NCBI RefSeq assembly: GCF_020745735.1
Contig: NC_083422.1
Coordinates: 19,158,001 to 19,222,000 of the forward strand
Length of the DNA: 64,000 nt
Direction: 5' to 3'
From: Hemiscyllium ocellatum
Taxonomy: Eukaryota
This document shows, piece by piece, positions 38,560 through 52,410 of this stretch; within the stretch, counting starts at the first letter, position 1; each line of letters begins with the position of its first letter. The translations under genes were made by a program, and so were the position numbers. The notes under the pieces were generated by a model, which did not search any database, had not been told where the DNA came from, and saw only the letters and a program-made list of their open reading frames with translations.

Positions 38560-39730
38560 GACATAATGGAGCATTTAGGAATACATCCTGTAATCGAGCA
38601 GAATCGTATCTGATGAGTTTTGAGTTCTTTTGAGAAGGTAATAAACAGGAGCAATAAAGGGCACCTTGTACTTGAAAAATTTTGACTTTCAAAATGTATT
38701 TAATAAGATATCATGCTTAAAGTTGCTTAAGAGCCCATGTGTAGTAGATTAGCCTGGATTGGCTAACTCATAGACTTTGGGGGGGGAGGGAAATTTCAGG
38801 ATGGCATTCTGTAAGTAGTAGACTGCTACCAGTATGTCAATACTGATGCCCTAATGATTTACAGTTTATAATAACTTGGATGAGAGACATGAGTTGACTA
38901 TTTCCAAGTTTACAGAAGATACACAAATAGGTGGGAAGGCAAGTAATGAGGATGACCAACTTTGAGGGATATACATGGATAAAAACTTGGCAGATAGGAT
39001 ATAAGGTGGAAAATGTGAGGGGATGCATTTTGGCATGAAGAGTAAAGGAGCTGAATATTATTGGAGGGAAAAGGCTGCAGATAGCTGCAGCAGAGGGACT
39101 TGAGGACCCTTGTGCAAAATGACAAAGCTGGCATCCAAGTTCACCTGGTTATAGGGAAAGTAAATGAGGTGATGGCCTTTATATTGACGGGAATGGAATA
39201 TGAAAAGGGAGGTATTGCTAAAAATATAATACACCTGAAAAAAAATACTGTGAAGACGTTTGGTCCTGTTTACTTAAGAAAAGATGTACTAGCATTGGAG
39301 ATGGTAGAGAGAAAGTTCAGTAGGTTTGGTATGGAGGAGCTAATAGAAGTTGAATAGGTTGCACCTGTTCTCATTTTGGCATTTAGTGGAATGAGATAAA
39401 ACCTTATTGAAACAAAGATTCTTGGGAGACTGGACATGGTAAATGCTGAAAGGTTGCTTCACCTTGTGGAAGAGCCTAGAACCATCTCAAAACCAGGTCA
39501 GTCATTGATGATAGATGAGGAGCCTTTTCTCCAAGGGAAGTAAATCTGTGGAGCTCTTTATTCAGATGGCTTGGACTTCCTCTGGGCTGTAGTATACAGT
39601 GGGTGCCACATGACGGGAAAGGTGTGAATGCATTGGAGAGAGTGCAGAAGCAATTTACAAAAATGGTTCGAAGGATGACAAACTTCAGTGAGAATAGGTT
39701 GAAGGAATTGGAACAGCTCTCCTTGGATGA
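38560..39730 (+). mobile_element. Old CR1 ORF2 remnants
   Basis: DFQ, SKFTEDT and YLRKDVLALEMVERKF-like fragments. Confidence 0.7.
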
Positions 39731-42700
39731 CAAGTGGTTCGATTAAAGCAGGATGACAAGCTGTGCACTTTGATAGGTTTCCTTTCATAATGTTTGCTTA
39801 TCCATGGTGTTTTATATGATGCTGACCAGTTGATTTTACCAAATATGCCACATGTCTCCTGTGATTTATGTTGGTTGTGCCACTGAACCCTCTATTTTCA
39901 GTCAACCCAGAAAGGAGCATGACTGAGCTGGCCAGAGATACCATACAAACTAGAGCAGAACCCTGGAGTGGGCACGATCTCTTTCACCTGCCAACACTTT
40001 GAAATATATCCAGCCCAGAGACCCTTCAAAATAAGAGAATTTGTGCCTGACGGCTGTGCAGTGTACCTAACCAATGAACTCAAAACCTTGCTAAGTTCTT
40101 GTTTTCTACTATCATACCATGAATAAATATATCCATTGAGCCATATTACCTCTATTCTACCTTGTCACGCTACCCAAGGTAAATGTTACAGCACAGTTCT
40201 AGTTGAAAATGTTTTGAATTGCACCAAGTTGAGATTGCTAATCGCTTCAACTTAGACAAAATACTGCTTTTCTCCCACCCTCCGAACTGAACACTCATTT
40301 TGATAGACTTCCTTTTGATTGTTTATCAACAGTTTTCCCATGATATTGCTGACTACTTCACTTTACCAAATATGCAACACATCTCTTCTTTGGTGTGTAC
40401 TGTGTATTGCATACAGATTGTAGGATGTACAAATTCCTTCTAAATCTACCTAACAACAAATGAAAATGCTGCAGTGAAATTAGTTTGTTTGAAAACTATA
40501 GAAACCATGTTGCACACTGAAAATGGCAACAAAAGCCAAAGTCGAGAGAATCTATGGAGACCATAAAGAAGCTGATGAACACCTTCCCTGTGCTGAGTCT
40601 TGGGTATTCTTAGGGATCCTACTTCTCCAGGATCCACTTGCCCTCTACACTTACTGAACTTTTAAAGTTTAGTCACAGAATAGTGCACTGAAAGTTCAGT
40701 TTCTCGATGTTTGAATCCAGGGTGTGTACCTCCCTTTTTGTATTTTTTTTTCCACAGCTGATGGATGTAAATGAACAGTGGGGCTGATATAGGTATCTGC
40801 TATGCACACAACTTACAGCCCAGGCAGCAGGGGCCACTGTGGGATCTCTTGGAAAGTTGGTGAACTTTTTGTTAATGCTTTTTAACACTAACTTTAATGT
40901 GACTTTTTCCCCTTTTTAATTAGCGACCTATGTGCTTTAGTTCTAAGTTGAAAAGCCAGTGCAATTTGTTTTTACAATGAAACAATGTCACTGCTACAGT
41001 AACGTTTAGATTTCAAACTCTGAGGCTTATTACCCAATTTTCTTAAATTGGGTAATTGCAGGCAGTTGGGTCTGGCAGTTGTGTACGGCTTGCTGATAAT
41101 CTTCACAGTTGTTTGCATGGTTAGTCACTTTTTGACCCTTCATAGCATAAAATACATGCTGAGGCTCAATACATTCAATTAAAACATAGGGCATGTTTTT
41201 TTTTAACTTTTCAATTTCAACAGATTGAAAGTGTCCTGGAGCAGTAAAGAGTGGGCAGATGCACAAGCCAGACAGGTCAGTTTGACATGCGAATGAACCC
41301 AGAGAGTATGAAAAGTAGGGATAATAGGTGCTAAAACGAGAGTGAAATGTTGTGAAGAGCATTTCTTTTTGCTGATCTAGGGGAGATTTGTAGCGGGCAG
41401 CTGGGGGTGATTCTTTCTGCCTGTGTACACGCAGTGTCAGGGACTCGCTGCACTATATCGTTTCTGCCCTCTCCATGAACTGGGCAGCTTCCTTTCACCA
41501 GTTTATTTTAACTTGTACTTTGGCAGCTGTCTCAAAGCTGCAGATGTTCCATATATAAAAAAAAGTTACAAATCTTTAGAAGCCATGCTCTTGTACTGGT
41601 AAGTTAACCATTTCCTTCCAGATTCCAGCAATAGGCTAGACAAATCAAGAACAGCATCATTTAGTGTATCCTGTTGAAAGAAGCCTTTTTATAGTTGGTT
41701 TCAATGCCTGCATAGTTCTCCATAAGATCGTGCAGGATGATATTGCTACGAAATCTCAAATTTGAAAACCTGTTTGCAGATTTAGTTAATAACTGTTGAT
41801 TGGATGCACCAGCAGGTCTGAGCTGCATAGACTACTGGTGTGACCCTCACCTTGTCCAATAGTGTTATGTTGTCAGCCTGATTACTGCTGAGCAATGCAT
41901 GTAGAGGGGGAGGCTTTCCTGGAAATGTCATTCCAGTCACTTCAGTTGTGCTCATCTGTTAATTCCAATAGGCAATGAGAAAGGCACATCTAAAATGGAA
42001 GCATTCGTCTAAGGAATGAGACTGATCTATTTTTAAATATACTCAGCAATTTGTTTTCTCCCTGAACTGAGCTGAACTGATACATTATCTTGTTTAGTCA
42101 ACACAGCTTAATTTCACCACATTCAATCCAACAATGGCATAAGGTTAGCAGAATAAAACTTTTGGTTGCTTATATAAAGGGAGAGATAGAACATTTTCCT
42201 CTGTACACAATAGGCTCTAGTCACAAGTATTTGATGGTATCAAACAGATACAGGTTTTGGAATAGGGCACCACATTCTTTTGGTCTTTTGGGCTTATGCT
42301 CAAAATCAGAATAGTACAACACATGGAGGCCCATCACCTCATCCAGTCTGTTAGCTATTTTACAGCCAGTTATCCCTACTTTTCCCAACCACTCCCAACT
42401 CTTTCCCCACGTTTCTGGATATATATCCAGTTACTTTCTGAAGCTGTATTGAGCAGTACATTTAAAACCCTAACTACTCATTTACCCCTTTTTGAAAAAA
42501 ATTTCTCCTGTCGCTTCAGGGTCATGTGTCAATCATGTTTAAATCCGTGCTCCACTGTTATTTACCCTTCAGCCATTGGAAACAAGGATATCATTTTAAG
42601 TTAAATGTTGTGCAAAAGATCTAGAAAGAAAAATGCCCTCAATCAATTTTTAAAAATGTGTCTCTAAGCCAAAAGATGTCAATTATAAAAGGACACTTTT

Positions 42701-43135
42701 TCCTTGAAGTCTTATTTTGAGGGCATTTTGTTGCAAACTACTCTGCTATTTCAAATCTTGTTTAATTGAGTACGTGGAGTTATGGATCTGGAGAGAGGTC
42801 CTACACCTGTGTATGATGGAGCAGATAATTTTGAATGAATCTTAATTTGATAGGTTTAACAGGTATAGATTTCAAAACCCCTTGCAATCCATTCAATGTT
42901 CAGAAGGTATCTGAAAAAGTACTTAATAAAATAGAGATCAAACACAAGTGGGAGGATTAGCAATTGAAGAGAAACTTGAAGTTGGCAGTAATAAAATTGC
43001 ACTTTTAGATTGGTAAATAATAAATTCCAAGGCTGTGGTGTCTGGGATTTGGAAGAATATCTCCGTTTTGACTTATTGCATTGATTCCATCAATAATTTT
43101 TCATGAGCCACGTGCACTCTGTGAATATCAATACT

Positions 43136-43258
43136 GAGCTGAAAATGTGTTGCTGGAAAAGCGCAGGAGGTCAGGCAGCATCCAAGGAGCAGGAGAATAG
43201 ACGTTTCGGGCATGAGCCCTCCTTCAGGAAGGCAAGGATGCCTTCCTTGAAGAAGCTC
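43136..43258 (-). mobile_element. Penelope-like terminus with hammerhead-like motif
   Basis: Reverse strand ctgaaggagggctcatgcccgaaacgtc; same family as 16201. Confidence 0.8.
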
Positions 43259-44993
43259 TCTTCCTTCCTCTACAAGGAAGACCTGATAGTTGAGCTAAAA
43301 CGCAAAGGTGTGGAGCATTGAGTAGACAGACGTAATTTGTTTTCCCTTTGACTCCTCTATTGGACAGCATCACTGTTCTTTTTATCAAACTTAAAAAGTT
43401 GTTCTCTGATTCCCTGATAAATGATTGAATAAAGACGCCACCTAGCGTATCTCTGAGCTCCTTACGTTGGGTCCCAAATTCAATCCGTGGTTTGTAGGCA
43501 ATTGTTAATTTCAAATTGGGAAGTTTAGTGTCTGTGGCCTGCGGCTAAGGAGTTAAAATATCAAGCTGGAGTACCACCTTCTAATCGTTGAATGCAATTA
43601 TTTTATTTAAGATTGCACATGGTGTAACACCCAAGTATAGAGTTGAGGCAGTGGGTGCAAGTCAGCACTTGTGCCCATGTGGTTTCTCATCAAGATTAAT
43701 TTTGTATGAAGAAAACCAATTCAAACTGGAAAATGTCATTAACCATCATGCGGGAGAGTTGCAAGACCCAGTTACTCCTACATAGAAACAAATGAAATCT
43801 CCAATAATGATAGGTAGGCAAATGTGACGTTTGTATCTTTATGTGAATTATCAACATTGTACAAATGTAAGATGTTGAATTGCTTTGGGCATTTCTGTAA
43901 AGGCCTAGTTGTGACAATAAATTCAATCTCCATACTTAACATCCATGTGAAGAAGCGTTTTTGTAGGGAGGGGGTGAAAATGATGCTGTGATCAAAACAA
44001 GAACTAAAGGGTCACAGTTATACTAAGATTGTAATATAACAATCATGCTTCCCTTTTGATGCTGTTGTGATTAATCCATGTAGGAAAACCTGCATTTTGT
44101 TAGTGAATGTTCTTTTTTAAAACCGTTTCTCAAGTGATTTCTGCAGTTTGCTTCCTGGAAATAGTCTGTAGGGTGAGCAGTAGAAAAGGTGAACAAGAAA
44201 TTTAATCCTTGTCTTTTGATCAGGCCTTTTGAGTTGAGAACAAACTGCCTCCAGATCAGAGGGCATGAGTTTATCACAGAATCCAGTTGAAATTCTGCAT
44301 GCTGGCTGAGGGAGATCTAACCTCCAGTTAACTAAAGAACTCATGGTGATGAGTTGCACTTCTGGGCTAGTCAGGTTGGGGAGAGTGAATTCTTGATACT
44401 AAAGTCCACAGTTAATGGAGGTTTAGAAACAAGACTCCTGACTGGAAGTGGCTGTACATGAGTCATTTGTGACCCGTGTAGAGACATGGGAGCCTAAACC
44501 ACCTCCAAATTCCACTTGGGTGTAAAGAAAAACCCTGTCAGAGCAGGCAGAAGGTCCAACGAATCATTGAAGCCATACTTGGACAAAATGATTTAATGGT
44601 TCAATTTTGCTAAGTATCTGACAGGAGTAATGTGTGTCACATGGGTGTAGGAGGAAAATTGAAGTTCAATTTACAAAGTAACCAATGCTAATTCATTGTA
44701 CTTCAACACAACTAGAGTTGTTTAGTGTTCATGTTTTTTGATTCTTTTTAATTTAGTAAAATGATCTTTTACTCTAAGTAGGTGAGCCATGTGGCTTCAT
44801 TCTTTCAATAAATACTTTGGGTTTTTGATTTCCTTAAACCAAAAAAAAAGAAACATTGTGGTCACTGCCAGTTATAACATTGTATAATTCTGGTGGCAGC
44901 TATTCAAAAACAAAAATGGGCATGCATTGGTGTGGAGAGGTCCAGCCTGAAATCTCAAAGAATATATAAGGAGGGGGGGAGAGAAAAAACTAA

Positions 44994-45281
<288 letters not shown>

Positions 45282-45649
45282 TGACCAAGAGTGAGTCTGA
45301 TCAGGTTAATAAGAGTGGGTTGAGAGAGATTTCATTGGAACAAACTTTTCTTGGCCTTCTTAAATTGGGAACATTTTCACTTAATCAGCCTATACCTCTT
45401 ATTGCAAAAGCAGTGAGATGAGTTGGTGAATTTTCCTCCATGCAGTTGTTAAAGCATTGAATGCTTTGTTACGTGGAGTTTTTAAGGTTGAGACTCACCT
45501 GCATTCTGTTCTTATTTTTTTCCTTGAATTTCTTCAGTATCTCAGACAGGCTAAAGCACTGTAAAAGAAGGCCACAAGTAGATCAGGCTAGTATTTCACT
45601 TGAAGATGTTTCTGTGACCACATGGGCAGACTCATGGTAGCTGCGATAT

Positions 45650-48600
45650 TAATGTGAATGTGTGAGGTAATGCACCAAGATCAGGGATATCCGGGAACGG
45701 CTGCAGGACATTGTTCTAGGGGAAGGGAATAGGCAGAAAGTTGCAGTCAATGACCTAAGTTTAAAAAGAGATGAAATCCCGAAAGTAGAACTCAAGGAGC
45801 TAGGAAGGAAATTAAAAAGTTGGGTTTCAAAAGCAGTAACCACAAGATTACTCCAAGTGCCATTTTCTACAAGAACAGAAGGATGAATGAACTAAACGTT
45901 TGATTAGAGAGCATCCAATTTCAGAGATATTAAGAATGATTCTGGGGAAGGTGGCCCCTGTATAAATTGGATGGGTTATATATTTGCAGGATTGGGATTG
46001 ATGACGGCTGGTGCTGTTAGGCTGGGTTTAAAGTAACTTGTTAAAGATTGGGGACTGCGGTGTGACCCAAGTTGGAAGAAAATGAAGTTGGTAACATCAA
46101 GTAGAAAAGACGGTTTCCCCACTGTCGGAAATCTAATCTTTTTAAAAAGACAGGAAGACCAAAGGCTGAACATGGAGTGTACTTCGAATGTGGAATGATC
46201 TCCAAAAATAAGAGACAGTGGGCACACTGACCAAATGCACATAGTACTTGCAATCAGGTTGTCCTAGAGGGGTAAATGGGTATGATCTGATTGACTGGGA
46301 ATCAAATATTCAAAGAATATTTAGCTTGAGGGAAGTTCAGACCAGAAGGCAAAGTAAGTGGAAATGCACTCCTAAAAAGGGATAAAATCAGGAAATTTTA
46401 TAAGGCAAGATCTTGCATTGTGAAACCTGATTAAGTGGAGCTAAGAAGCAACATGGAGCATCAAACATTGGTTGGAGTTATTTACAGGTCACCAGATAGT
46501 GGTAACATAAAGCATTGTATAAATCAGGAGATGAAGCATGTAGCATGGCCAAAACTAAGGTGACTTCACTTTATATGTAGACTGGGTAAACCTATTGAGT
46601 ATCAAGCTGTGGGGGATGCGTTTTCTGAAATGCTAGGGACTGTCCTCGAGAGCAGTACCTGGTGAGAAGTCGGGTTATTTTAGGTCTAGTTTATGGAGTG
46701 AAAAAAAAAACAATTAAGTCATTTTGTAAAAGAACCTATCGGGATGAGTGACCACAAATATGTTGGGGACCTAGAGACCTGTTAGTCCTGTCAGGAGTTG
46801 GCAAACTGCTAGAATTCATGCCGAAGGATGTAATAAATGAACACTTATTGATTATCCTCAGGTAAATCATTTAGAATTGCTAAAAATTATAGTAAATCTA
46901 AGGTTGGGCAGTCTTTAGAATACAGCAAAGGAGGAACTGGTAACTTGGGGTTGATTAGAGCCTAATGATGATCCTGAAACCATTGTCAATTTTTGGAAAT
47001 TGGTTCATAAAGGAAAAGAAATTTTGCCATCCCTACCTGGTCTGGCTTATGTGCAAATCCAGACCCTTAACCATTAGGAACGGGCAATGCAAGTTAGTCT
47101 AGTTGGCGATGCCCATATCCTGTAAATGAATTTTGGAAATGATCAAGAAAGGAAGAATAGAACATGGATGCAGTCTGCCAAAAGAAATTGTTAAAGCTTT
47201 TACAGATAAGTGAAAGGAAGAATTTGGCTCCGATTAATGTGAATATATTACAGGCAGATTCAGAAGAATCAATGGGGAATAGAGAAATGACAGAAGCTAA
47301 ATGATTACATCTGCTTTCACTGTGGAAGACCCAAATCTCCCTGAATTAGTGGCTGCTGAGGATTGAGTTCAAGGAGATTAGCACTAGTAAAATTACACTG
47401 GAGAAGTTAATGTGGCTGAAAGGTGATAAATCCTCAGGACCTGATCTTATATCCTCATGTGGTTCTATATATTGGAAGCTGGCAAATATCCCCTACTACT
47501 TAAGAAGGGAACAAGTGAGAGTGTGCAGGACGACAAACCTGTTAGCCTTGCGTTGGCAATTGGCAAAATAAAAGCAACTATTACCAAAAATGTGATATGA
47601 ATACTTGGAAAATAATGGTTTCATTGGGCATATTCAGCACTGATTTGCAAGTGGGAAATAGTTTGTTGAACTTGTAACATTTAGGAAATTCTACAAAATT
47701 GAATAGGAGTTGATGAATATAGTATGCTTATCTTTTCGATAAGATGTCTCTGTTTAGGAGGCAGTGCATTGGCATGGATTAATGATTGGCTAACAGAAAA
47801 CACTAGGTATAATGGGCCATCCTTGGGTTTGCAGCTTAATGGGGTGCTGCAAGGATCAGAACTTGGATCTGAGCACTTCAAAAATATAAATCAATGATTT
47901 GGAGTTGGAGACAAAATATAATATTTCCAAATTTGTGGATGATACAAAGCTAAGTGGGAAAGTGTGTTTGTGAAGATGAGATAAAATGGCTTCAGCAAAA
48001 CTGGGAGAGGCTTAGTGAATGGATAAGAATCTGGCAGATGGATTATAATATTGAAAAATGGGATCATCCTCTTTAGTAGGAAAAACGGATGGACAGAGTA
48101 TTTCTTGAATGGCAAAATGTTAGAACGCCTACACCAAAGGACCTAGATGTCCTTGTCAATAAATCACTGAAGGTTAACATGCAGGTGCAGCAGGTTTTTA
48201 GGAATGCTCGTGGAATGTTAGCCTTAACTTGAGAAGATTGGAGTGCAGGAGGGCTGAAGTCTAGATTTGGTGTATCTGAGCTATTCCGGGTCTAGAGGGT
48301 ATCGGTTGGTTTGCTTATGTCAGGAAAGATGGTATTGCTGCTGAGGGAATGCAGTGAAGGTGTAGGAATAAATTACTGCAGATGCTGGAATCTATACTGA
48401 AAACAACAAATGCTGGAGATCCCAGCAGATGAGACAGCTAACTAACATTTCAGGTCTAGATGACTCTCCATAGCTGAAATAAAATGTGGAGGGGACAGCA
48501 CTTGTGCTATAGTTTGGTTGGGGGAGTGGGGGGAGGTATGGGGATGTGGATCCAGGGGTAGTGCATGTCAGGTGCCAATGAAGTAAAGGTGATGTTAGTT

Positions 48601-49715
48601 CAGATTAAGGATCTGAAACCGTCTTTCCAAGTGAAGCAGCATTTCACCTGTACCTCTTCCAATCTTGTGTACTGTATTCATTGCGCCCAATGTGGCTGAA
48701 TCTACATTTGAGAAACCAAATGCAGACCAAGTGACTCTTTGCACACAGACTGGAGATGTTCCACAAAACAGGATCCAGACCTTCCTGTAGCCAATCATTT
48801 TAACGCAGTATTCTGCTTGCATGCCCACATCTGTCCTCGACATGCTGCAGTGTTCCACTGAATCACAGCACAAACTGGAGGAACAACATCTCATCTTCAG
48901 ACTGTGCACTTTACAGCCTTCTGAACTTAATAATGAGATTATTGTTTAAATTGTGAACATTTTCTTCTCTTTTTCTTTAAGCTTGTTATCATAGTTTGTC
49001 AACAACCCCCACCCAACCACCAATCCCAGTTACTGTCCTTTCACGTCTGGCAGGAGGCACACCACTGTCCTGCCATTCTCTCTCCTATTCCAATCGGTTA
49101 ATCTGAATTAACAACAACATCTTTTTTTCCTTCACTGGCACCCCACACCCACTATTCCCAACTCTCTTCACTCCCACTCCCGCCCCAAACAAATGATAGC
49201 ATAAATGCTGTCCCCTCCACACTTCAGTTCTGAAGGTTCATCAAGACTCAACATTAGCTTGCTCTCTGTGGATGCTGTCTGACCCCACTGTGATCTCCAG
49301 CATTTATTTTCAGAGCGTTCACCAGATTTGTTCCCAGGGTAATGGGAGTGCCCTGTGAAGAGAGATTGGGAAAACTGGATCTGTGCTTGAGGAAAGAGTT
49401 GACCTCATTGAAAACTACCAAAAGCTTTGAGGGATTGACAGGCTGGGGAATCCAGAATCAGGGGAAATAATTTTAAAAATAACCAGAATACCACTTAGAA
49501 CTGCGTGTGTTTTATTTTTACTCAGATGGTAGAGTATTCCAACGATTTACTACCCCAGGACTTTGAAGATTCCAGTATTTGAGAAGAGAGAGAATTTAGA
49601 TCAATCACTGGTGTGAAAGGTTGTGGGGTTAGTGTGGGTTAAAGCATTGAGGTGTTTGATCGGCCATGAGTGTATTAAATGGCAGAACAGGCTTGATGGC
49701 CCAAATGTCCTAATT
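45650..49715 (+). mobile_element. Long decayed CR1 LINE (ORF1/ORF2 remnants) with nested insertions
   Basis: In order: ORF1-like, endonuclease-like (GVIYRSP, SDH) and RT-like (SSGPD, PVSL, ISKFVDDTKL) remnants; interrupted near 46960-47135 and 48367-49313. Confidence 0.7.
48367..49313 (+). mobile_element. Penelope-like element with inverted 5' terminus, nested in CR1
   Basis: GIY-YIG remnant (NLVYCIHCAQCG*IYI*ETK...KLEEQHLIFRL); aaatgctggagatc and gatctccagcattt are inverted ends. Confidence 0.8.
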
Positions 49716-50312
49716 TACTTCTCTTGGTCTGAAGCTTGGGGTAAAGGGGTTGGATGGCAGGGATGTCTGTGTTGGTCTAGGTCGCAAAAAGAAAGAGGCT
49801 TGAATTCAGAGTGAACTATATTCTGAAGCTTTGGCTTAAGAAGAACAATGCTATAAATCGGAAAAGTAAATGTTTAAATAGTAAACTGTTTTGAATATCC
49901 AATGGTTATAAAAATATTTAGTCAGAAGAACTGGCTGAAAACCGCACATCATATAAATAACTCAGTTTTGGTTTAATTTAACTTGAACTTTGATCTGTAT
50001 CTCATTTCATTTGAAGCTGCTGAATTTGAATTACTCAAATCCAGCAAAGCAACAGGAACACATTTCAAACTGATATTGAACCATATTCACAACATTTTGA
50101 TGTGGGTTTGCTCTTTGCAATTGATCACATTTGGGTGAATTTGGTTTTGCTGACCCTGTGCAGCTCTGCAGTATTAGGTATTCAATTGTCAATGATCAAT
50201 CCCCTATGATGCCCATGAGCATTATTGATTTCTGTCCCTTTTTTAACATAGTTACCTGGAGGGATACCTCAAGGATTAAGGTTGTTGTCTATGCCTTTCT
50301 GGTATCAATGCA

Positions 50313-50708
50313 GTGGAGAAAGTGCAGACTGCAGATCAGACTCAAAAAGTGTGGCGCTGGAAAAGCGCAGCCAGTCAGGCAGCATCTGAGGAGCAGCAGA
50401 GTCGACGTTTCGGGCATGAGTCAGATGTACAGCATGGAAACAGACCCTTCGGTCCAACCTGTCCATACCGACCAGATATCCCAACCCAATCTAGTCCCAC
50501 CTGCCAGCATCTGACCTGTATCCCTCCAAATCCTTCCTATTCATATACCCATCCAAAGACCTCTTTAAATGTTGCAATTGTACCAACCTCCACCACTTCC
50601 TCTGGCAGCTCATTGAGTTCTTCATTAGAGCACGTGCTCAAAATGTCGACTATCCTGCTCAGATGCTGCCTGACTTGCTGTGCTTTTCCAGCACCCCACG
50701 TTTCGACT
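50313..50708. mobile_element. Fold-back Penelope mini-element with a nested minus-strand CR1 3' end (about 50421-50614)
   Basis: Inverted gctggaaaagc and gcttttccagc arms; the interior matches 33099-33280. Confidence 0.85.
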
Positions 50709-51399
50709 GGTATTCATGTACCGTGTGCAACACTGAATCGTATAGAACTTGATGTCCAACTGTTGATTGCCTGACCTCCAGGTGAGTCTGGCAAAACTAC
50801 CCACATGAGGTGTGGCAGCACTTCGGCTTTTCATATTTCTGCTGTTGATCTTCAGCCATGTTAATGTTTTAACTTTTCCACAAAGATTAATAGATAAGCA
50901 TTCTAGAATATTTCCCTTCGATTCCTACTGGGTAATGGCTCACCAGTCAAGACATGGTGACTAAAGGCACTGATCCAGTGTACATTTCTGACCAATATTC
51001 AACTTCAGTTGGGTGGCAAGTAGACTCTGTGTCCTACAAGTTGGTCCTGTTGCTATTTCAGATCTGTGAGAAACAAGTTGCAGTTTTCAAACAGTTTGGC
51101 AGCGTGACAATGTTAAGATGAGCAGTCAACACCAGACATCCAAGAAAATTTGGATCTGCTGAAAGAAAATATTACCTGAAGCAAATGTAAAACTGTGCAT
51201 TATCAGCATTAATTTGCATACTTGGAAGGAAGAAGGAATTGAAGGCATAATTACAACTTAAAATTGTATGCAGCGCCTTCAGTAAAAAAAAATCTTGTGA
51301 TGCTTTGTGTCTGAGGTGTGCACCAAGCAGGGGGTTAAGACCAACAGAAATAAAAACCAAGTATTCTCTTCCTTTTTAATCCCACTTCCTATCCCTTTT

Positions 51400-52410
51400 T
51401 TTTCCCCCCATTTCATCCTATCCCTCTTTCTCCCCTTCCCGTTTGATTGCAAAAAGTTGTAATCCCAGCACTGATCCCTGTGGAAGGTCCCCGGGTACAG
51501 GTCACCAACCTGAAAGATTTCTCTATCCCCACTCACTGTTTTCTGCCTGTTAGCCTATTTCTTTTCAGGAATACACTATTTCCAGCACCATGTGCTCTGA
51601 TCTAATGACTTTTTTATTCTTGTTAAAAATCTTTTTTAGGAAGTCTAAATGCAACACATCCATGAGTTCTCCTCTATTAACACTGGGTGCGACTTCTCAA
51701 AGCATTTTAATAAATTTAGTCAGGCATGATTTCCCTTTCATGAAGCTCTGCTGATTCTGCTTGATTAGATGGATTTTCCCAATGTGCTGCTATTACTTAA
51801 TTGATTCCAACATTTTTAGAATAGCTGTTAGTCTAACTGGCCAATAGTTGCCCACTTTTTGCTTTCCTGCACTTTTTTTGAATAGGAGTGTCACATTTAG
51901 TAGTTTTCCAATTCTCTGGTACTTCTCCAGAGTCCAAGAAGGTTTGGGAAATTACAACCAAAGCATTCACACTCTACTACTACGACGAAGGAAATCAGGA
52001 TACAAGCCATCAGTGCCAAGGCACTTGCCTGCCTTTTTAGCTCCATTAGGTTGTCTGATATGGTTACCTTAGTGATGGGGGTGGTACCTCATTACCTATT
52101 CTTCAGTAATTAAATATTTGAAGTATCTTCACCATAAAGACTTTTTTTAAAAAAACTTTTAACTCTCTTTATTTTCACCATAATTATCTCCTGAGAATAA
52201 TTTTCTAAGGACGTATATTCACTTTGACCTAGCTTTCATTTTATATTTAAATCTCTTATTGTCAGTTTTTATATTCCTCACTAGTTTACCTTTAGTTACA
52301 TTTTGTAGTCCTCTTATTTTGGATTTTGAATTTATGCTGGTCACCAAAGCTATCAGACTTTTGGCCTTTCTTTTTCTTTTTCTTCCAACTTGATATTTAA
52401 ATTCCTTGGT
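51400..52410 (-). mobile_element. Old CR1 ORF2 remnant
   Basis: Reverse strand shows QGSVLG and YWPVRLT-like RT motifs. Confidence 0.65.
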
